64,000 nucleotides of DNA from Octopus vulgaris (Eukaryota). The notes below the pieces were generated by a model. That model saw nothing but the letters and a program-made list of their open reading frames with translations, was not told the origin of the DNA and did no database searches. Below, piece after piece: positions 1 through 13,332 of the stretch (within the stretch, counting starts at the first letter, position 1; each line of letters starts with the position of its first letter). Position numbers and translations under genes: made by a program. Location: contig OX597832.1 of assembly GCA_951406725.2 (NCBI GenBank), positions 33,294,001-33,358,000 of the forward strand, read 5' to 3'.

Positions 1-285
1 CGTCAGGGTGGGAGTCTTACTAACAAGAATATTAAAACTGCCATCTTCCATATTCTTGTGTATTTCTCATTATTTTATCTGTTGTAATTTTCATTTTGTT
101 TTCTCCATGAAATCCTTCCGTTCCAAAGATAAATCTACAGTTGAGAAATTCTATTCGCCTCCATGTAATTCCTACTGTGATTCCTCTACGTAGAATATTG
201 AGCAAGTGCCTTTTATTGTAAGCCTCCTGTTGACCAATAAATTTTGATGGAAATTTGGTCGATGGAACACCTGAAAACCCTGGGT
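1..285 (-). mobile_element. Possible Penelope-like element 3' end (GIY-YIG C-terminus remnant), cut by window edge
   Basis: Minus ORF 32..343 contains RRIEFLNCRFIFGTEGFHGEN, resembling the R..E..I..LGT..P.G.N end of Penelope endonucleases. The minus strand runs off the window at ...CCCTGACG, which could be the start of a CUGANGA hammerhead core. Confidence 0.35.
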
Positions 286-486
286 AACTGTGTGTGTTAA
301 TGTTTGTATATGTGTGTGAATGTGAGTCTGTGCGTAACGTCAATCTTGTGTGTATGTGTACACGTGTACGACTTACATGTATGCGTGGATATATATGAAT
401 ATGAGTCTGTGTGTATGTGTGTGTGATTTGGTGTGTGTATGTGTGAGAGGGCGTGTAGTTATGTGTGTATGCTTGTGTGTCGCGCG

Positions 487-546
487 TTGTAGTATAGTTT
501 CACTATTTGATCGAAACCTATTCATTCGCTTCATTTACTTCAGCAA
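487..546 (-). ncRNA. Degenerate minimal type-I hammerhead-like motif
   Basis: Minus strand: TTG CTGAAGT [imperfect stem with TGA..CGAA/TTCG.TCA] GAAA CTATAC TA CAA. Stem I TTG/CAA; core A9 mutated; stem III one change from palindrome ACTATAGT. Confidence 0.4.
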
Positions 547-1660
547 GTTTCTTCACGTGATTCTTTTTTTCAGGCCAACGTCTATTATTTGCTTTCCCTA
601 AATTCTTCCGGGGCAAGATATCACTGGTGGATAAGAAGGAAGAGCGGGTCACCAGTAGTTCTAAATTTATGGGAACTCGAATTGTAAGTATAAGACATAG
701 AAATTCTAGGTATTTCAGAGCAATTGATGTCACCATTTACTTCGAAATATTTGAAGAGAGTACAATAGGGCGATACAATAGTTACCCTAATAGCATGATA
801 ATTCATAGCGTAAGAGTGGTTGCCTTGGTTGAGGATATATCACGGCGTAGACCTTTTCCAAAAATGAGAAAAAATACGTGCAGAGAGGTAGAAATTCAAT
901 GGGGAATTGCTTGTAGTGAGTAATTTAGGTGCGCAGTGATTGAGGGGGTTGGAGGGTTCACAAACAGGACCTGTCGCAATTTTGAGTTGACTCAACCAAA
1001 AAACAGGTGGCTTGTGTATGAAATGTGGTGGATGTGGAGGTGAGAACAGGGTAGATTCTCTGGAGAATTGCCAAATATGTTTAGTGCAAACTTAATTAAA
1101 ATATGAGAATCGAAACTGGATTCTTTATTGGCATATATTCTACTCGCAGAAACATAGCTCTCCTGAAGTGTCAGGAAAAGGGGCTCGGCAAAGTTAGTGA
1201 ATATTTTTTCTGCAAAGAACAAATGGTAATTTCTGCGTTTGGTTTCATTATCTTACAAATGTTGCATTGCTTGTACACACCACCGAGTTTTTGAGTGGCG
1301 GTAAAATTTCCTTCGCCGGTGAGAAACGGTGAATCAATTTCAGAAAAAAACTCGTTACAAAATTATTTGCAGAAATTTTCCAAATGCCTCGAGTCTCATA
1401 CCCACTTATTCTATGTTGCGCAATCTCTTGAATGTTAAGGTGTAATTGCTACGATTTGCTGCTGATTTTGTGCCGTTAGTCCTTCGTAAATATGTATTAA
1501 ATACAGTGAAGAAAAGATAAAGGAGTGACTAAATGATATTCTAACAACGCCACTTCACATTCCATCGTGAAGGGTTGTCCACAATTACTGGATGTTTAGG
1601 TAATAGCAGTGACTTAAATTCACTGAATTCAACGAAACTGTTGGATACAGGGAATGTTTG
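487..1660 (-). mobile_element. Degenerate Penelope-like retroelement fragment (linker, Cys motif, GIY-YIG domain, 3' region)
   Basis: Broken minus-strand translation: NYTLTFKRLRNI, QCNICKIMKPNAEITICSLQKKYSLTLPSPFS, ICQ*RIQFRF, NLPCSHLH. The order fits the Penelope endonuclease region. Ends in a hammerhead-like motif at 487-546. Many stops and frameshifts. Confidence 0.5.
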
Positions 1661-1707
1661 AATGTCCTATTAAAATTATCACGTACTGCAATGATGCCAA
1701 TATGTAC

Positions 1708-1738
<31 letters not shown>

Positions 1739-2441
1739 TGTATTATACATGTGTATATGTATTATGCATGTGTGTATGTATGCATGTATGTATGCATGTG
1801 TGTGTACATCTACACCTAAATCGATTGACGAAATCATGGAATATATTTTCAAAATATGTTCGCTTGAGAGTGACGGCTGCCCATTTTTTGTACTGTTTTG
1901 ATAAACCGTTCCTAAAGATGGGGATGGTCACGACTAAACCATCATTTAGCATAAATCTCATCACCAATAAGAACGAGAGAGACCGAGGTGAGGGATTGAG
2001 ATTATGTCTGGCAAGTAAATAGAAACTGCTAAACATATTTAAAATGACGTTGCGGCTTTCGTATCCCTCTCCACAGGAAAACAAAACAATGTATGAATGG
2101 GATTAAAAGGCATCGAATAATATTTAACTCAAAACGAACCACAATGAAGAATCATTAGTTTCTTTTAATGTCTTTTGTCACTCATATCTGTATTCTTATT
2201 GGGAATTTTCTTTTCCAATGTTTTTGACAATCGCACAAAATTTGTGGCAAGTAAAATTGCAAAAACCTGACAAATTATAAACGTTGCAGCTGCACATTTT
2301 TTGGTTTAACATTTTTAACATTTTACTTTTATTTAATTATCCTCAATAGTTGTTCAGAGAATTTGCCAATGCTAGCATTTCTTTTCCTTTGTTGTTTGTT
2401 AACTGTTGCATTTTATCTTATTTTTTTCATTAACAAACCCT

Positions 2442-2496
2442 TCCTTATGATCTTATGAAATCATGGACATCCTTATGATCTTATGAAATCATGGAC
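2442..2496. repeat. Exact tandem duplication, 28-bp period
   Basis: tccttatgatcttatgaaatcatggac occurs twice, separated by one base. Confidence 0.9.
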
Positions 2497-3394
2497 GCAC
2501 TGTGTGCTTGACACTCATTCATTATTTTCAACTGCAATATAAAGCATCGAGTCGAAGGTTCAAATCTTGTTGAAATTTAGTACTGTTTTTTTTTTTTGTT
2601 ATAATTTCTAACTTCCTATGAGACTCCAAAAGTAGGTGGGACGTCATGTTCTCTCTTTGAGGCGAATGTAATGCATCTGATTTACACAAAGACAATTACA
2701 GCCGAATTCCAATTTACATATTTCAAATTTGCGTTCGATTTTTTTCCGGATAGTTTGCGTATGTGCTCTTGCGTGTGTCTGTACTTGTGAGTGTAAATGT
2801 GTGTAGGTGTGTTTATGTGAGTGTGGTGTGTGTGCGCGCGCGAAAGTGTGTGAGTCCTTGGTCTCGATGTTTCTAATTAATTATTCATTCCGACAGAATT
2901 TGCCACCATTTAGTCATTCATACATTCACTGCCCGTTGACTTCTTTGAAAATGTATGCTCATTAATCATAGTTTGCATATATTTCCAAATTATACGATCG
3001 TGTTAGCATCTTTACCTATTGCAACAGAAACTCGCTTTGATCTGACTGTTATTATAACTTAATCAAAACTATTTAAGCGGCGAGATAACAGAAATACAGA
3101 ACATTACACTCAGTATATCATTACAAAATAAATCAGAGAAAATTATTCAACGAAGCCATAAGTCTCCAGAATATGAGATTTAACATATATTATACAATGA
3201 GCAGCATCAAAAACGCTAATTTACACTATTTATGCAGTGAGAAAACTACATTATCTCAATGTATTTTAAGAACTTTCTATGAACAGGGATTACAACTCCA
3301 GACATGTTTTAGCATGGTTATCCCTCCTCAGGGAACCATAAACATCATTGCCGTTGACAGAGTAGGAGCACAAGAATATATTTTGTATTTTATT

Positions 3395-3560
3395 TTTCAT
3401 CTGTTTCGGTCCTAGGAGTGTTGCCATATTTGGACACTATTATAAGGGCAGGGTCCATAAGATTGATGTCAGTCTTTATTATTTTTCTTCTGCCCGATGT
3501 TTAATTTATCGATCTGTATTACTGAATCTCTAACTTACAGAGACATAAACCAAAGAACTC
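3395..3560 (-). mobile_element. Old SINE family A 3' fragment
   Basis: Diverged match to the reverse complement of the family A tail seen at 16136-16300. Confidence 0.45.
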
Positions 3561-3895
3561 GGGACAAATACAACACAAATACAAAAGTCACACGTAATTT
3601 CTCTCTCACTTGCTCTTTCTTCTACGCAAACACATATAAATATATTATCTCTCTCTCTCTCTCTCTCTCTCCCCCCCGTTCTATATATATATATATACTA
3701 TTGCGTTTGGGGAGAGTCATTTTCTTTTTGTGCCTTATTATTTAACACACTCACCGGTAAAATTTCAACTTATACTTTATTTTTATTTTCGTAAAATTTT
3801 CTTGCAAACTTTTCAGTAGTCTTGACTCTATCCGTTATTTACTCTGCGTTCCCTTTTGTTGGTTTGAGTGTATGTGTGTGCGTCAGTGTGTGTGT

Positions 3896-3954
3896 GTTCA
3901 TATGCTGCTATGACCTTATAAGGCCACATCTTGACTTCCTGTAGGATATTATGT
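3896..3954. repeat. 59-bp exact inverted copy of 4593-4651 inside a (TG)/(TATG) microsatellite
   Basis: Base-by-base reverse-complement identity. Its last 12 bp (gtaggatattat) are tandemly repeated. Confidence 0.92.
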
Positions 3955-4299
3955 AGGATATTATGCATGCATGTATGTATGTATGTGTGTGCATGTATAT
4001 ATGTGTGTATGCATATGTACATATGTATGTGTGTGCATCTGTATGTATGTATTTAGCATATTCATATGCTTACATGTCTGTGTTTGCGTATTTTGTATGT
4101 ATGTGTGTGTGTGCGTGTGTTTGTATATGTATGCACCCCTGTCTCCTTGTGTGTGCATGTCTATGTGTGTGTGTGTGTGATTGGCAACTATATACCATGT
4201 TCGTATGTATGTGTGGCACGTGTCTCCATAAAGACTCAGAGTTTACACTGACTTTTAAAAAGTTGAAATATGTCGCAGTTGTCTTGCTTCTAACGAGTC

Positions 4300-4800
4300 G
4301 TTGAAGATCGCCCTATTTTTATAGGGAGTTCATTGCTCAAATTAGCATCTGTTTGAGTAGGACTTGACTGGTTGAGGATAGCCACATGACAGGTCTTAGA
4401 CATTTTTGTAACCACCCAGCTCTTCCCAGTATATTTTCAAATTCTATTTTTTCCTATTAACTACAGCCATTGCAGTTTTCAGCACCGTTTGTAGTACGTG
4501 TGGCATTTGCTTTCTTTATGCCATCCGTTTGGCCTTTTGGGTTTGAACACAGCACAAAGGGTCTTCATTGTCCTCTTTGCAGCCTGTTTCCCACATAATA
4601 TCCTACAGGAAGTCAAGATGTGGCCTTATAAGGTCATAGCAGCATATGAACTCCTGTTTCTTCCACTCAATTTGGGTCATAGACCTGCAGAAATTATATC
4701 GATCCAGGGTTTCTGTCAATATGCCATTTGCTGGTGATCCGTTGGCCAAGCTCCAAGCTTGTAAAAAAAGACGAATTTCCTCAGATTGCCAGTTTAGATG
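4300..4800 (-). mobile_element. Possible degenerate hAT (Buster/ZBED5-like) transposase fragment
   Basis: Minus translation EEIRLF...QIEWKKQEFICC...RKQMPHVLQTVLKTAMAVVN resembles the MP..L..VL..AV..VN motif of Buster-type transposases. Stops present. Confidence 0.35.
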
Positions 4801-4824
4801 CACCTCTTTCTCTTATTAGCCCCA

Positions 4825-4988
4825 ATTTGGCGCTGTACATGGGGATTGTTAGCAATGGACTTCCTTCCATCTCATTTTTCTGAAAAAGAACTTTGCTCGA
4901 AACGTAAAACACCGGTTCTTTCCTTGCCAGAGCGTCTTTTAATATTATTTTGCATTTCCACGACGTCACGTTATTGTTTGTTTGTTGT
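4825..4988 (+). mobile_element. Short hammerhead-bearing repeat family H, copy 1
   Basis: Shares order and sequence with 33575-33770: pyrimidine tract, CTGAAAA A GAAC TTT GCTC GAAACGTA AAAC (4880-4910), then gagcgtc...aata...cgtt. Ends at (TA)n. Confidence 0.55.
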
Positions 4989-5025
4989 TATATATATATA
5001 TGTATATACACACACACACACACAC

Positions 5026-5075
<50 letters not shown>

Positions 5076-5151
5076 ATATATGTAAATATATGTACATATA
5101 TACATACATATATATACATATATATGTAAATATATATGTATATGTATATAT

Positions 5152-5231
<80 letters not shown>

Positions 5232-5232
5232 A
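4988..5232. repeat. (TA)n/(CA)n/(TG)n compound microsatellite
   Basis: Directly visible. Confidence 0.95.
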
Positions 5233-5734
5233 TATGTCTGTATATCTGTATACCATGCGTCTGTATATGTATGCGTATACTAAACTACGAGGTCACTGTC
5301 AGACTTTTTCAGGTGAAAGTATTAAGAATCTCCTCCTGTCCTAAAACCTTTCTGCGTAAATCTTCACTTTAAAGGTAAATTGCATTTATGCACTTCTTGA
5401 AATAACATGTATTGCTATATATGTGTGCGTGTGTGATTGTGTGCATGTGTGTGTGTGTGTGTATGTGCGTGTGTAATTGTGTGTGTTTGTGTGTGTGTGT
5501 ATTTGTGTGTGTGAATGACTAAAATGACGATTGCGATTTCTTTATAGCATAAATTTAAAAAAAGGTTGCAAATATTTCAGGATTCGAACCTCATTACTCA
5601 TGAATAACTACCTGTGCTGTATTACACAACTCGTGTATAAACATAATTGAGTGAGAAAATGGCTGATTTAAAGGGAAAACTCCGACATTTAGCCTGATTC
5701 AGTCTTTCATACATACACACATACATATACACAC

Positions 5735-5808
<74 letters not shown>

Positions 5809-5898
5809 CATGTATGTATATAATATACATGCGTGTGAGTGAGTATGTACATATAAATATACTCATGTACCAGCATATAAAGGTTCCCATATATGCAA

Positions 5899-5929
<31 letters not shown>

Positions 5930-7781
5930 CTTAGTTAAATGCAGAAGTTCATATGTGTGTTTCTGTATACATGTTTACATACACAGCATCTGGCACATGC
6001 TGAGGGTTATATACACACATATGTGTGTATATCTATGCAACATTTACTGTTGTATATCATTGAGAGCTGTAATAATCATTGAGAAAACCGATAAACCGGT
6101 GATTTTGAACAAAAATGTCTTCAATCTCTATTTCGCAGTCTTCTTGTCGTCTCTGGATAATCCTTTGTCCTTTGTGTTCCTCGAAATATCGATTTCCAAA
6201 TATTCCAAGCTGGATGTCGACATCAAGGAAGTCACCAGTCAAGAAACACACGAAAGTATTCATATCACTTTTCGCCAGCTCCAGCGCCACCACCTCCACC
6301 ACAACCACCACCACCAACATCTCAGACTAAATAATAATAACAATACAAAATGGCAATTTTCTTTCCCATTTAATCGGATCCGTTTGATTCTCTTCATATA
6401 TTTGATATATTAATTTAACCCTCTACGATCCCATACCATAAGTACTATTATCCAGATATGAAAGCAAATTTTTCTTAAGGGTTTTGTTTGATCATATATT
6501 CTCTTTGATCGTGTAGTTTATGAAAATGCTTCAGTTTTTATTTAATCATATAGATGTGACCTGTATATGTTATGTTGGTTCTTCAAAAGTTTAAATTATC
6601 GCATGCAACTTCTCTAAGATGTAACCCTACAATATCACAGTGCTTGGGCTAAGAGTCACTTCAATATACCTATATTTCAATATTTTATGATTACTTATGT
6701 ACAATGTAAGAATATACAACGTCCACACGTTTGATATCTATTAGTGTCTGCGCAGAATTTGCCGACATCAAATGGAAGGACAGAATCTGCAACAGTGATG
6801 CATTTAGCAGACGAAACGAACTGTACATGTTCACTTTCGCGCACCAGCAGTGTTTTCTGTGCTTTCGATACAGAAGTTGGGTGGATGTCTTCGGTGTTCC
6901 AGAAGATTTTATGTATCGCAAAATAACAGATCGATTTACAGGCAGATATTGATCGTCTCTAATGTAAATATAAGTGCGTTAGCTGCATTGTCGTAAACGT
7001 TCACAAGGCAGAAAAAGTCGCAAGCAACACGATTCTACGGAGTCAGAAAAATCAAGAAGCACAAACCACAGCATTCTCAAGTCTTCTGATTACGCTAGCA
7101 AGAGGCAGATACGTTTTCTCATAAAATACCACAGATATCATTCATGCAAAAGCGCCCAGTTTTATACACCAGGTCCACGACCAGACAATCGACCCATAGT
7201 TATTTAAAAAAAAACTTCCCCGCTTCCTCCTCCTCCTCCGCCTTTTCCTCCACCTCCTTACTGGATCTGTTCAGTGAATTTAAAACGGAATGATGCATAA
7301 GGATATTAAAACTGTCTAAAGGTGTCGAAATCGCATTGAAAAGCAATTGGCAGCTGACGGGGTTATTTTTCCAGTGGTATTAAATATGCTTTCGTTCTAC
7401 TGTTAATGGATGTGCTCGTCGTTGTTTCTGCATAGCTGGGTTTGTTTTAATTACCTAGAATAGTGCAAGTTACTTAGTCCGTTGAGAGAATATGCCATAG
7501 AAATTATCTCTTGGCTTTTGCTTATTTCACTGGGGGAGTTTTGGAAGAATGTCTTACAGAGCAGAGTCCAAAAAATTGAACGGTTTTCAATTTTTACTTT
7601 TATCAGTCACCGCTAAGTTACGAGGACGAAAACAAATATGAAGTGGTAGGGGAGAAACAAAAACATAAAGATATACTCACATGATGATTGCCACACCATC
7701 ACAGACGATAGCCACATCTTACTACCCACACACATACACCCACACATATATAGACACATATGCTCCCATTTACGTATAATT

Positions 7782-7935
7782 ACAACGGCCTTCCATAAAC
7801 TTGTCTACCCCAGTCGCTCAAAACCATTTCTAGGTCTGAGGGTGTAGTAGAAGACACTGATACAAGTCGCCACGTAGTGGGGAATTACCCAGAAGTCACG
7901 TGGTTGCACAGCAAGATTCTGAATCCCTCAACTGT
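7782..7935 (-). mobile_element. Old SINE family A 5' fragment
   Basis: gtagtagaagacact...gccacgtagtggg...cacgtggttg matches 16455-16520 with divergence. Confidence 0.55.
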
Positions 7936-7984
7936 TAAATGTGTGTGAGTGTTTGTGTGTGCGTGTGTGTGTATGTGTGTGTTA

Positions 7985-8283
7985 AAGCCGATGGCTTCGT
8001 GGTTAGGGTGTTGAACTCACGATTGTGAGATCGTGGGTTCGATTCTCAGACCGCGCGTTGTGTTGTGTTCTTGAGCAAAGCACTTCATTTCCCGTTGCTC
8101 TGCGATCATTTCGACATCTCACATGTGACACCCGTTGCACCTGTACAGGTGATGTCGATTTGATGGAGGAAGTGACTTTGTCTGCAACAAAAATATTTGA
8201 TCAATATACACAAATTATCTGTGTGGTTGCTCGGCAATAACTTGCCAAACTATTGTACGTCGTATACCGACGGAAGAGTCCAT
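7985..8283 (+). mobile_element. tRNA-derived SINE (family C-related)
   Basis: A-box-like TGGCTTCGTGG and B-box GGTTCGATTC, followed by ttgtgttcttgagcaaagcacttcattt. Head similar to 34554-34833. Confidence 0.7.
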
Positions 8284-8311
8284 GTTATATATATATATAT
8301 ATATATATATG

Positions 8312-8471
8312 TCCATCACTTAGTGGTTCGGCAAAAAGAGACCGATAGAATAAGTACTGGGCTTACAAAAAGAATAAGTCCCAGGGTTGAGTTGCTCGAC
8401 TAAAGGCGGTGCTCCAGCATGGCCGCAGTCAAATGACTGAAACAAGTAAGAGTAAGAGTATAGAGTAAAGA

Positions 8472-8472
<1 letters not shown>
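8312..8472 (+). mobile_element. SINE family A 3' half
   Basis: Near-identical to 38300-38440 and to the reverse complement of 16136-16290; short (AAGAGT) tail repeats. Confidence 0.85.
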
Positions 8473-8510
<38 letters not shown>

Positions 8511-8648
8511 CATACATACATACATACATACATACATACATACATACATACAGGCATGCATACACACATACATACATACATACATACATACATACATACA
8601 TACATACATGCATGCATACATATACGTGTGTGTGTGAGTTATTATGTG

Positions 8649-9073
8649 GGATCTTTTCCTTTTGAACGGCAGTTTTTAACATAATTTCTAGGTAACTAAA
8701 AAATTTTAAACTTCGTATACTGGTAGAATGTGTTTATAAAACATCTTTTTCTCTTGGCTTTATTGAGGGAATTCCATAGTTTGTAAGATATTTGTTGTTG
8801 TCTTTCTTCAATTTCTGCAATTTCAACCAATCAATGTCGTGTATTTGAGGTGAAAACATTCTGTGCCGTATAAATATGTCCCTTGTTTAAGAAACAGATT
8901 GGGTTTATTTACATTTCTGAAGAAAAAAAAGATACTCTTCCTTCACCCCTAACCTAACTAACCCTAACCCTAAAACAGATTGAAATGCAATAGATCGATA
9001 CTAGGGTCATAATTATGGGTGACAATTTCATATGACACCGCTAGAAAATCTGCCGTTGAAACCGAAAAGATCC
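8649..9073. mobile_element. MITE / non-autonomous DNA transposon, ~28-bp imperfect TIRs, 8-bp TSD
   Basis: Left end GGATCTTTTCCTTTTGAACGGCAGTTTT; right end reverse complement GGATCTTTTCGGTTTCAACGGCAGATTTT. TSD ATTATGTG at 8641-8648 and 9074-9081. No ORF. Confidence 0.88.
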
Positions 9074-11019
9074 ATTATGTGTATGTGTAATTGTATTATG
9101 TGTGTGTTTGTGAGTGAATATATATATGTATTACAGGAGTTTTCTCTTTCGTAAATCATGAACATTTAACGAGGTCTGAAACATGTTTTGAGGTTGATAT
9201 GAACGACGAAATATCTGTTGAACTATTGTGAAATATCTTCTCTATCATACCTTCATTTTGCACATGCTATACTTAATATAATTTATTAAGTATATTATAT
9301 CAGTGGAGCACTGGCATTCATATAATTAACCAGATCCCTTCCCGTAGAGTTTTCTGCTTTGTACTTATAGTAGAAAGGTGTTTTTTTATGAATTAGGGGT
9401 GTGAGAAGAAACAGAAGGAGAAATTATTTTATTATTTAATTTGTATTATTATTAACAGAGTTACGATGGAGAGCGTGGGGTATCATGCTACACCTGTGAA
9501 GTATTTAACCTCATTCCTTCCGCACTTTACGTTCTGAGTTCAAACTCCATCTAGTTCCTCTCAGTCCGTTTTATACTACTTATGTCGATAAATAAGAACT
9601 AAGTGATTGTTGGGATCCATTCAATAAACTTTTCTCGCCCATTAATGCTGTTCCCCTTCCGTCAAACTTTTAAGGACTGAATATGCATATAGTCCAAATG
9701 TCAAATATGTTTTTTTTTTATGTATCAAATTAAGAATCGTTAAATTTAGAGACAGAAGTGCAACATTCCGGTAGACTTCACATCGATCGACGGAAAGTGG
9801 ATAAATGCACTTATTCCAAAAACACATGACTGTACATTAGCTATTGAGTTTGGGAAAAGCCATTGCCTCACTTGTCACAGAAATCCTCGACTGTCTTTGA
9901 AATTCTACAGATTACATTTAGAGGAGGAAATCTCCACCAAGTTAGGATGACTTTCATTATTAGATTTTCTTGTTCCAGATTGCTTTCGCTATCTGCCGTG
10001 GCAGCCATTACTTCTCTCCAGGTAAACATGTCCATCTCTATTAGAGTTAATGCTTCGTTTTATACTTCGCCTTTGTGATGAATCCCAACATCCTCAACGC
10101 TTGTCTATCAAAATAATTGCTACTACTACTACTACTACTACTAATTTGCTTCTACTACTATTATTATTATTATTATTATTACTGTTGTTGTCGTTGTTGT
10201 TGTAGCTGTTGTTAATGTCATTTTACACGCGAGACATGATTTTCTTGTGCTCCCGTAAATGGATTACATCTTGTCTTATTTTCAAAAATTGGATTATTAT
10301 TTATGTGCTGTATTTCGCAGAAACTCTCAAGGAACGAGTAGAGACTTTTAGTTTATATATTCTTGTATTTATAGAAGTATTTCCATATTCACTTATTCTT
10401 TCATTCTGTTGTCGCATTTACACCCAATAATAATTAAAAAATGTAATTTTAAAATGTATCTCTGCTAGCAGTTATTCAGCCATTACTGTCATAGAAGGGT
10501 CCAAACAAAGATAAAAAAAAATTGCAGGTAGATTTATTTATTTATTTGTTTCTGACAGAATAACGAAACAACAGAGTCGAACGAATGGAGACAAAGTTAA
10601 ATAAAGTTTTAATTCATTGAAAACTTATGCAAAATTCCATTCGATTTAAAAAAAATTTAACTGCAATGAATAATTTAGTTAAAACAATAAAAATGGCAGC
10701 AAGAGAATTCTTCTGTAGATATGCACAGAAATATGCGACAACAACTTTCATCAAGTCAGTCGACAGCATTTTTATGAATTCTTTAAAATAATACAAAAAA
10801 CGACTTGGATGAAATATTTTCAAGAAAGAGCTACATTGATGAATTAAGTTCTTCATAAGGTGATTATATCTTGTATTAAACTTCGTTTTCTACTGAAGAT
10901 TATGAAAGCAGGAAAATTGCATTACACGGGTTTTCTATGTCCTTCCAAAGGAGCAAGTTGGGGGGGGGGGTGAAAAAAATTTCTTTCATTGGAGAAACTG
11001 CAGTGATGGCAGAACGTCT

Positions 11020-11450
11020 GTAATGTTCCTTATGACTGACACACGACACAAGCATTTTGAAGGGAGGGGCATTAATCGATTTCCCCTGAACCTGATACTT
11101 GTTCCATATTTTGCTTTATCGACACCGAAATAAGGGAAACAAAGGTGACGTTGGCAGGATTTGAACTGAGATCGTAGAGAACTGGGACTATCACAACAAA
11201 AGTATTCTACTGGTGCGTTAACCAATCAGAGAACGCGTTCCGTTGATGTGCAATAGTGAATCCGAACATCAGCACAAAAACAGCAGTCTTAAGGGTAGAG
11301 AAGTCGATTATATTGGCACCAGTTCTAGTGTTTCTTCTTCCCACAGCTAAAGGATGAAAACCAAAGTCAACCGTCACTACATCTCAATTCAGAATATAAA
11401 CAGTATTCCGGGGGTTTAACTGACAATAACGATTCTGTCAGCTCGCCAAA
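11020..11450 (-). mobile_element. Two old SINE family B copies
   Basis: tttatcgacaccgaaa...caaaggtgacgttggcaggatttgaactgag and aaggatgaaaaccaaagtcaacc...caattcagaat are diverged reverse complements of the family B core. Confidence 0.5.
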
Positions 11451-11569
11451 TTTAAGAGGGTAACATACACACACACACACACACACACGCACACTCCACA
11501 CATATATATATAAGATAAAACTTAATTGGAAGAGGAAGCGTGGCGTTCAGTCATATAATAATAGAAATA

Positions 11570-12207
<638 letters not shown>

Positions 12208-12601
12208 GAGAGTCAACAGTAGCGATATTGGTAATGCACGAAGACAAATTGTATAAATTGACAGCACCCTTAATATATTTAATTGATAAAAATCGACAAA
12301 TTATGTTGTGATATGCAAATGAGGAAAAGCTGTGCAACTGCTGATTGCATTCTATTCGTCAACAGGCTCAGCGCAGCCCATTATTTCGTCTTTTAGGCAC
12401 CTCAGTCGCCCTCTATTTATATGTTTTTCTTTCTCTTTAAAAAGAGTAGTGAAACAATCATGACGGCGTTATTGGATGGGCGAAAGTAATTGAGTTTTAT
12501 ATTCGGTCTGTCAGTTTGTGCTTGTGTGTGTTTGCATGACTCTGTTTGTGTGTGCGTTTGTGTTTGCATGACTCTGTTTGTGTGTGCGTTTGTGTGTGCG
12601 C

Positions 12602-12652
<51 letters not shown>

Positions 12653-13164
12653 TGCGTGTGTGAATGTGTGAGCGCGTGTGTTTGTAAGTGTGAGAAGTGT
12701 TAATGCATTCACACACACACACGCACACACACACAACATATGGATTGTAAATAGAGGCAAATTATAAAACAGAAAACCGAAAACAGCAACATGACGACGA
12801 AATGCATCCGCCATGTGTAATGATGGATATTCTAATCATGGATCGTGAATGAGTGTCTCTCAAACATCCATCTCCTCTCAGGTTCACCGATCCACCTTTA
12901 ATTAACTTTCCAATAAATGGCCTCTATATATCTCATTTCAACAACATGGACATTGAATGCCTCATTTATATTCTGGCCCCGTCGAATTTCCCTAGCTTTA
13001 ATCATTTCACCTACACAAATATATTGAGAAGAAGTAATCGCCAAAGCCAGAACACGTCAGCTGTGCTAATATACAGCGTAATTCTCATAATGTCTATATG
13101 TTGTTATTCTATGGTTTAATTTGGTCATATTTCTTCGGTTATAATCTTACTCCTCGTTATCGTC

Positions 13165-13232
13165 CTCCCCTTCCTCCTCCTCCTCATCATCATCATCATT
13201 ATCACCATCGCCATCACCATCATCACCATTAC

Positions 13233-13263
<31 letters not shown>

Positions 13264-13332
13264 TTCTTCTTCTTCTTCTTCTTCTTCTTCTTCTTCTTCT
13301 TCTTCTTCTTCTTCTTCATCTTCGTCTTCTTC
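13165..13332. repeat. (CAT/CAC)n plus (CTT)n trinucleotide array
   Basis: Directly visible; explains the poly-H/L/K/E ORFs. Confidence 0.95.

Noticed and set aside
6731-6952. 73-aa ORF in unique sequence
   Set aside because: Non-ATG start, no recognisable motif, no supporting splice structure.
8946-8973. Telomere or chromosome-fusion site
   Set aside because: Only a few imperfect units, lying inside a TSD-flanked MITE.
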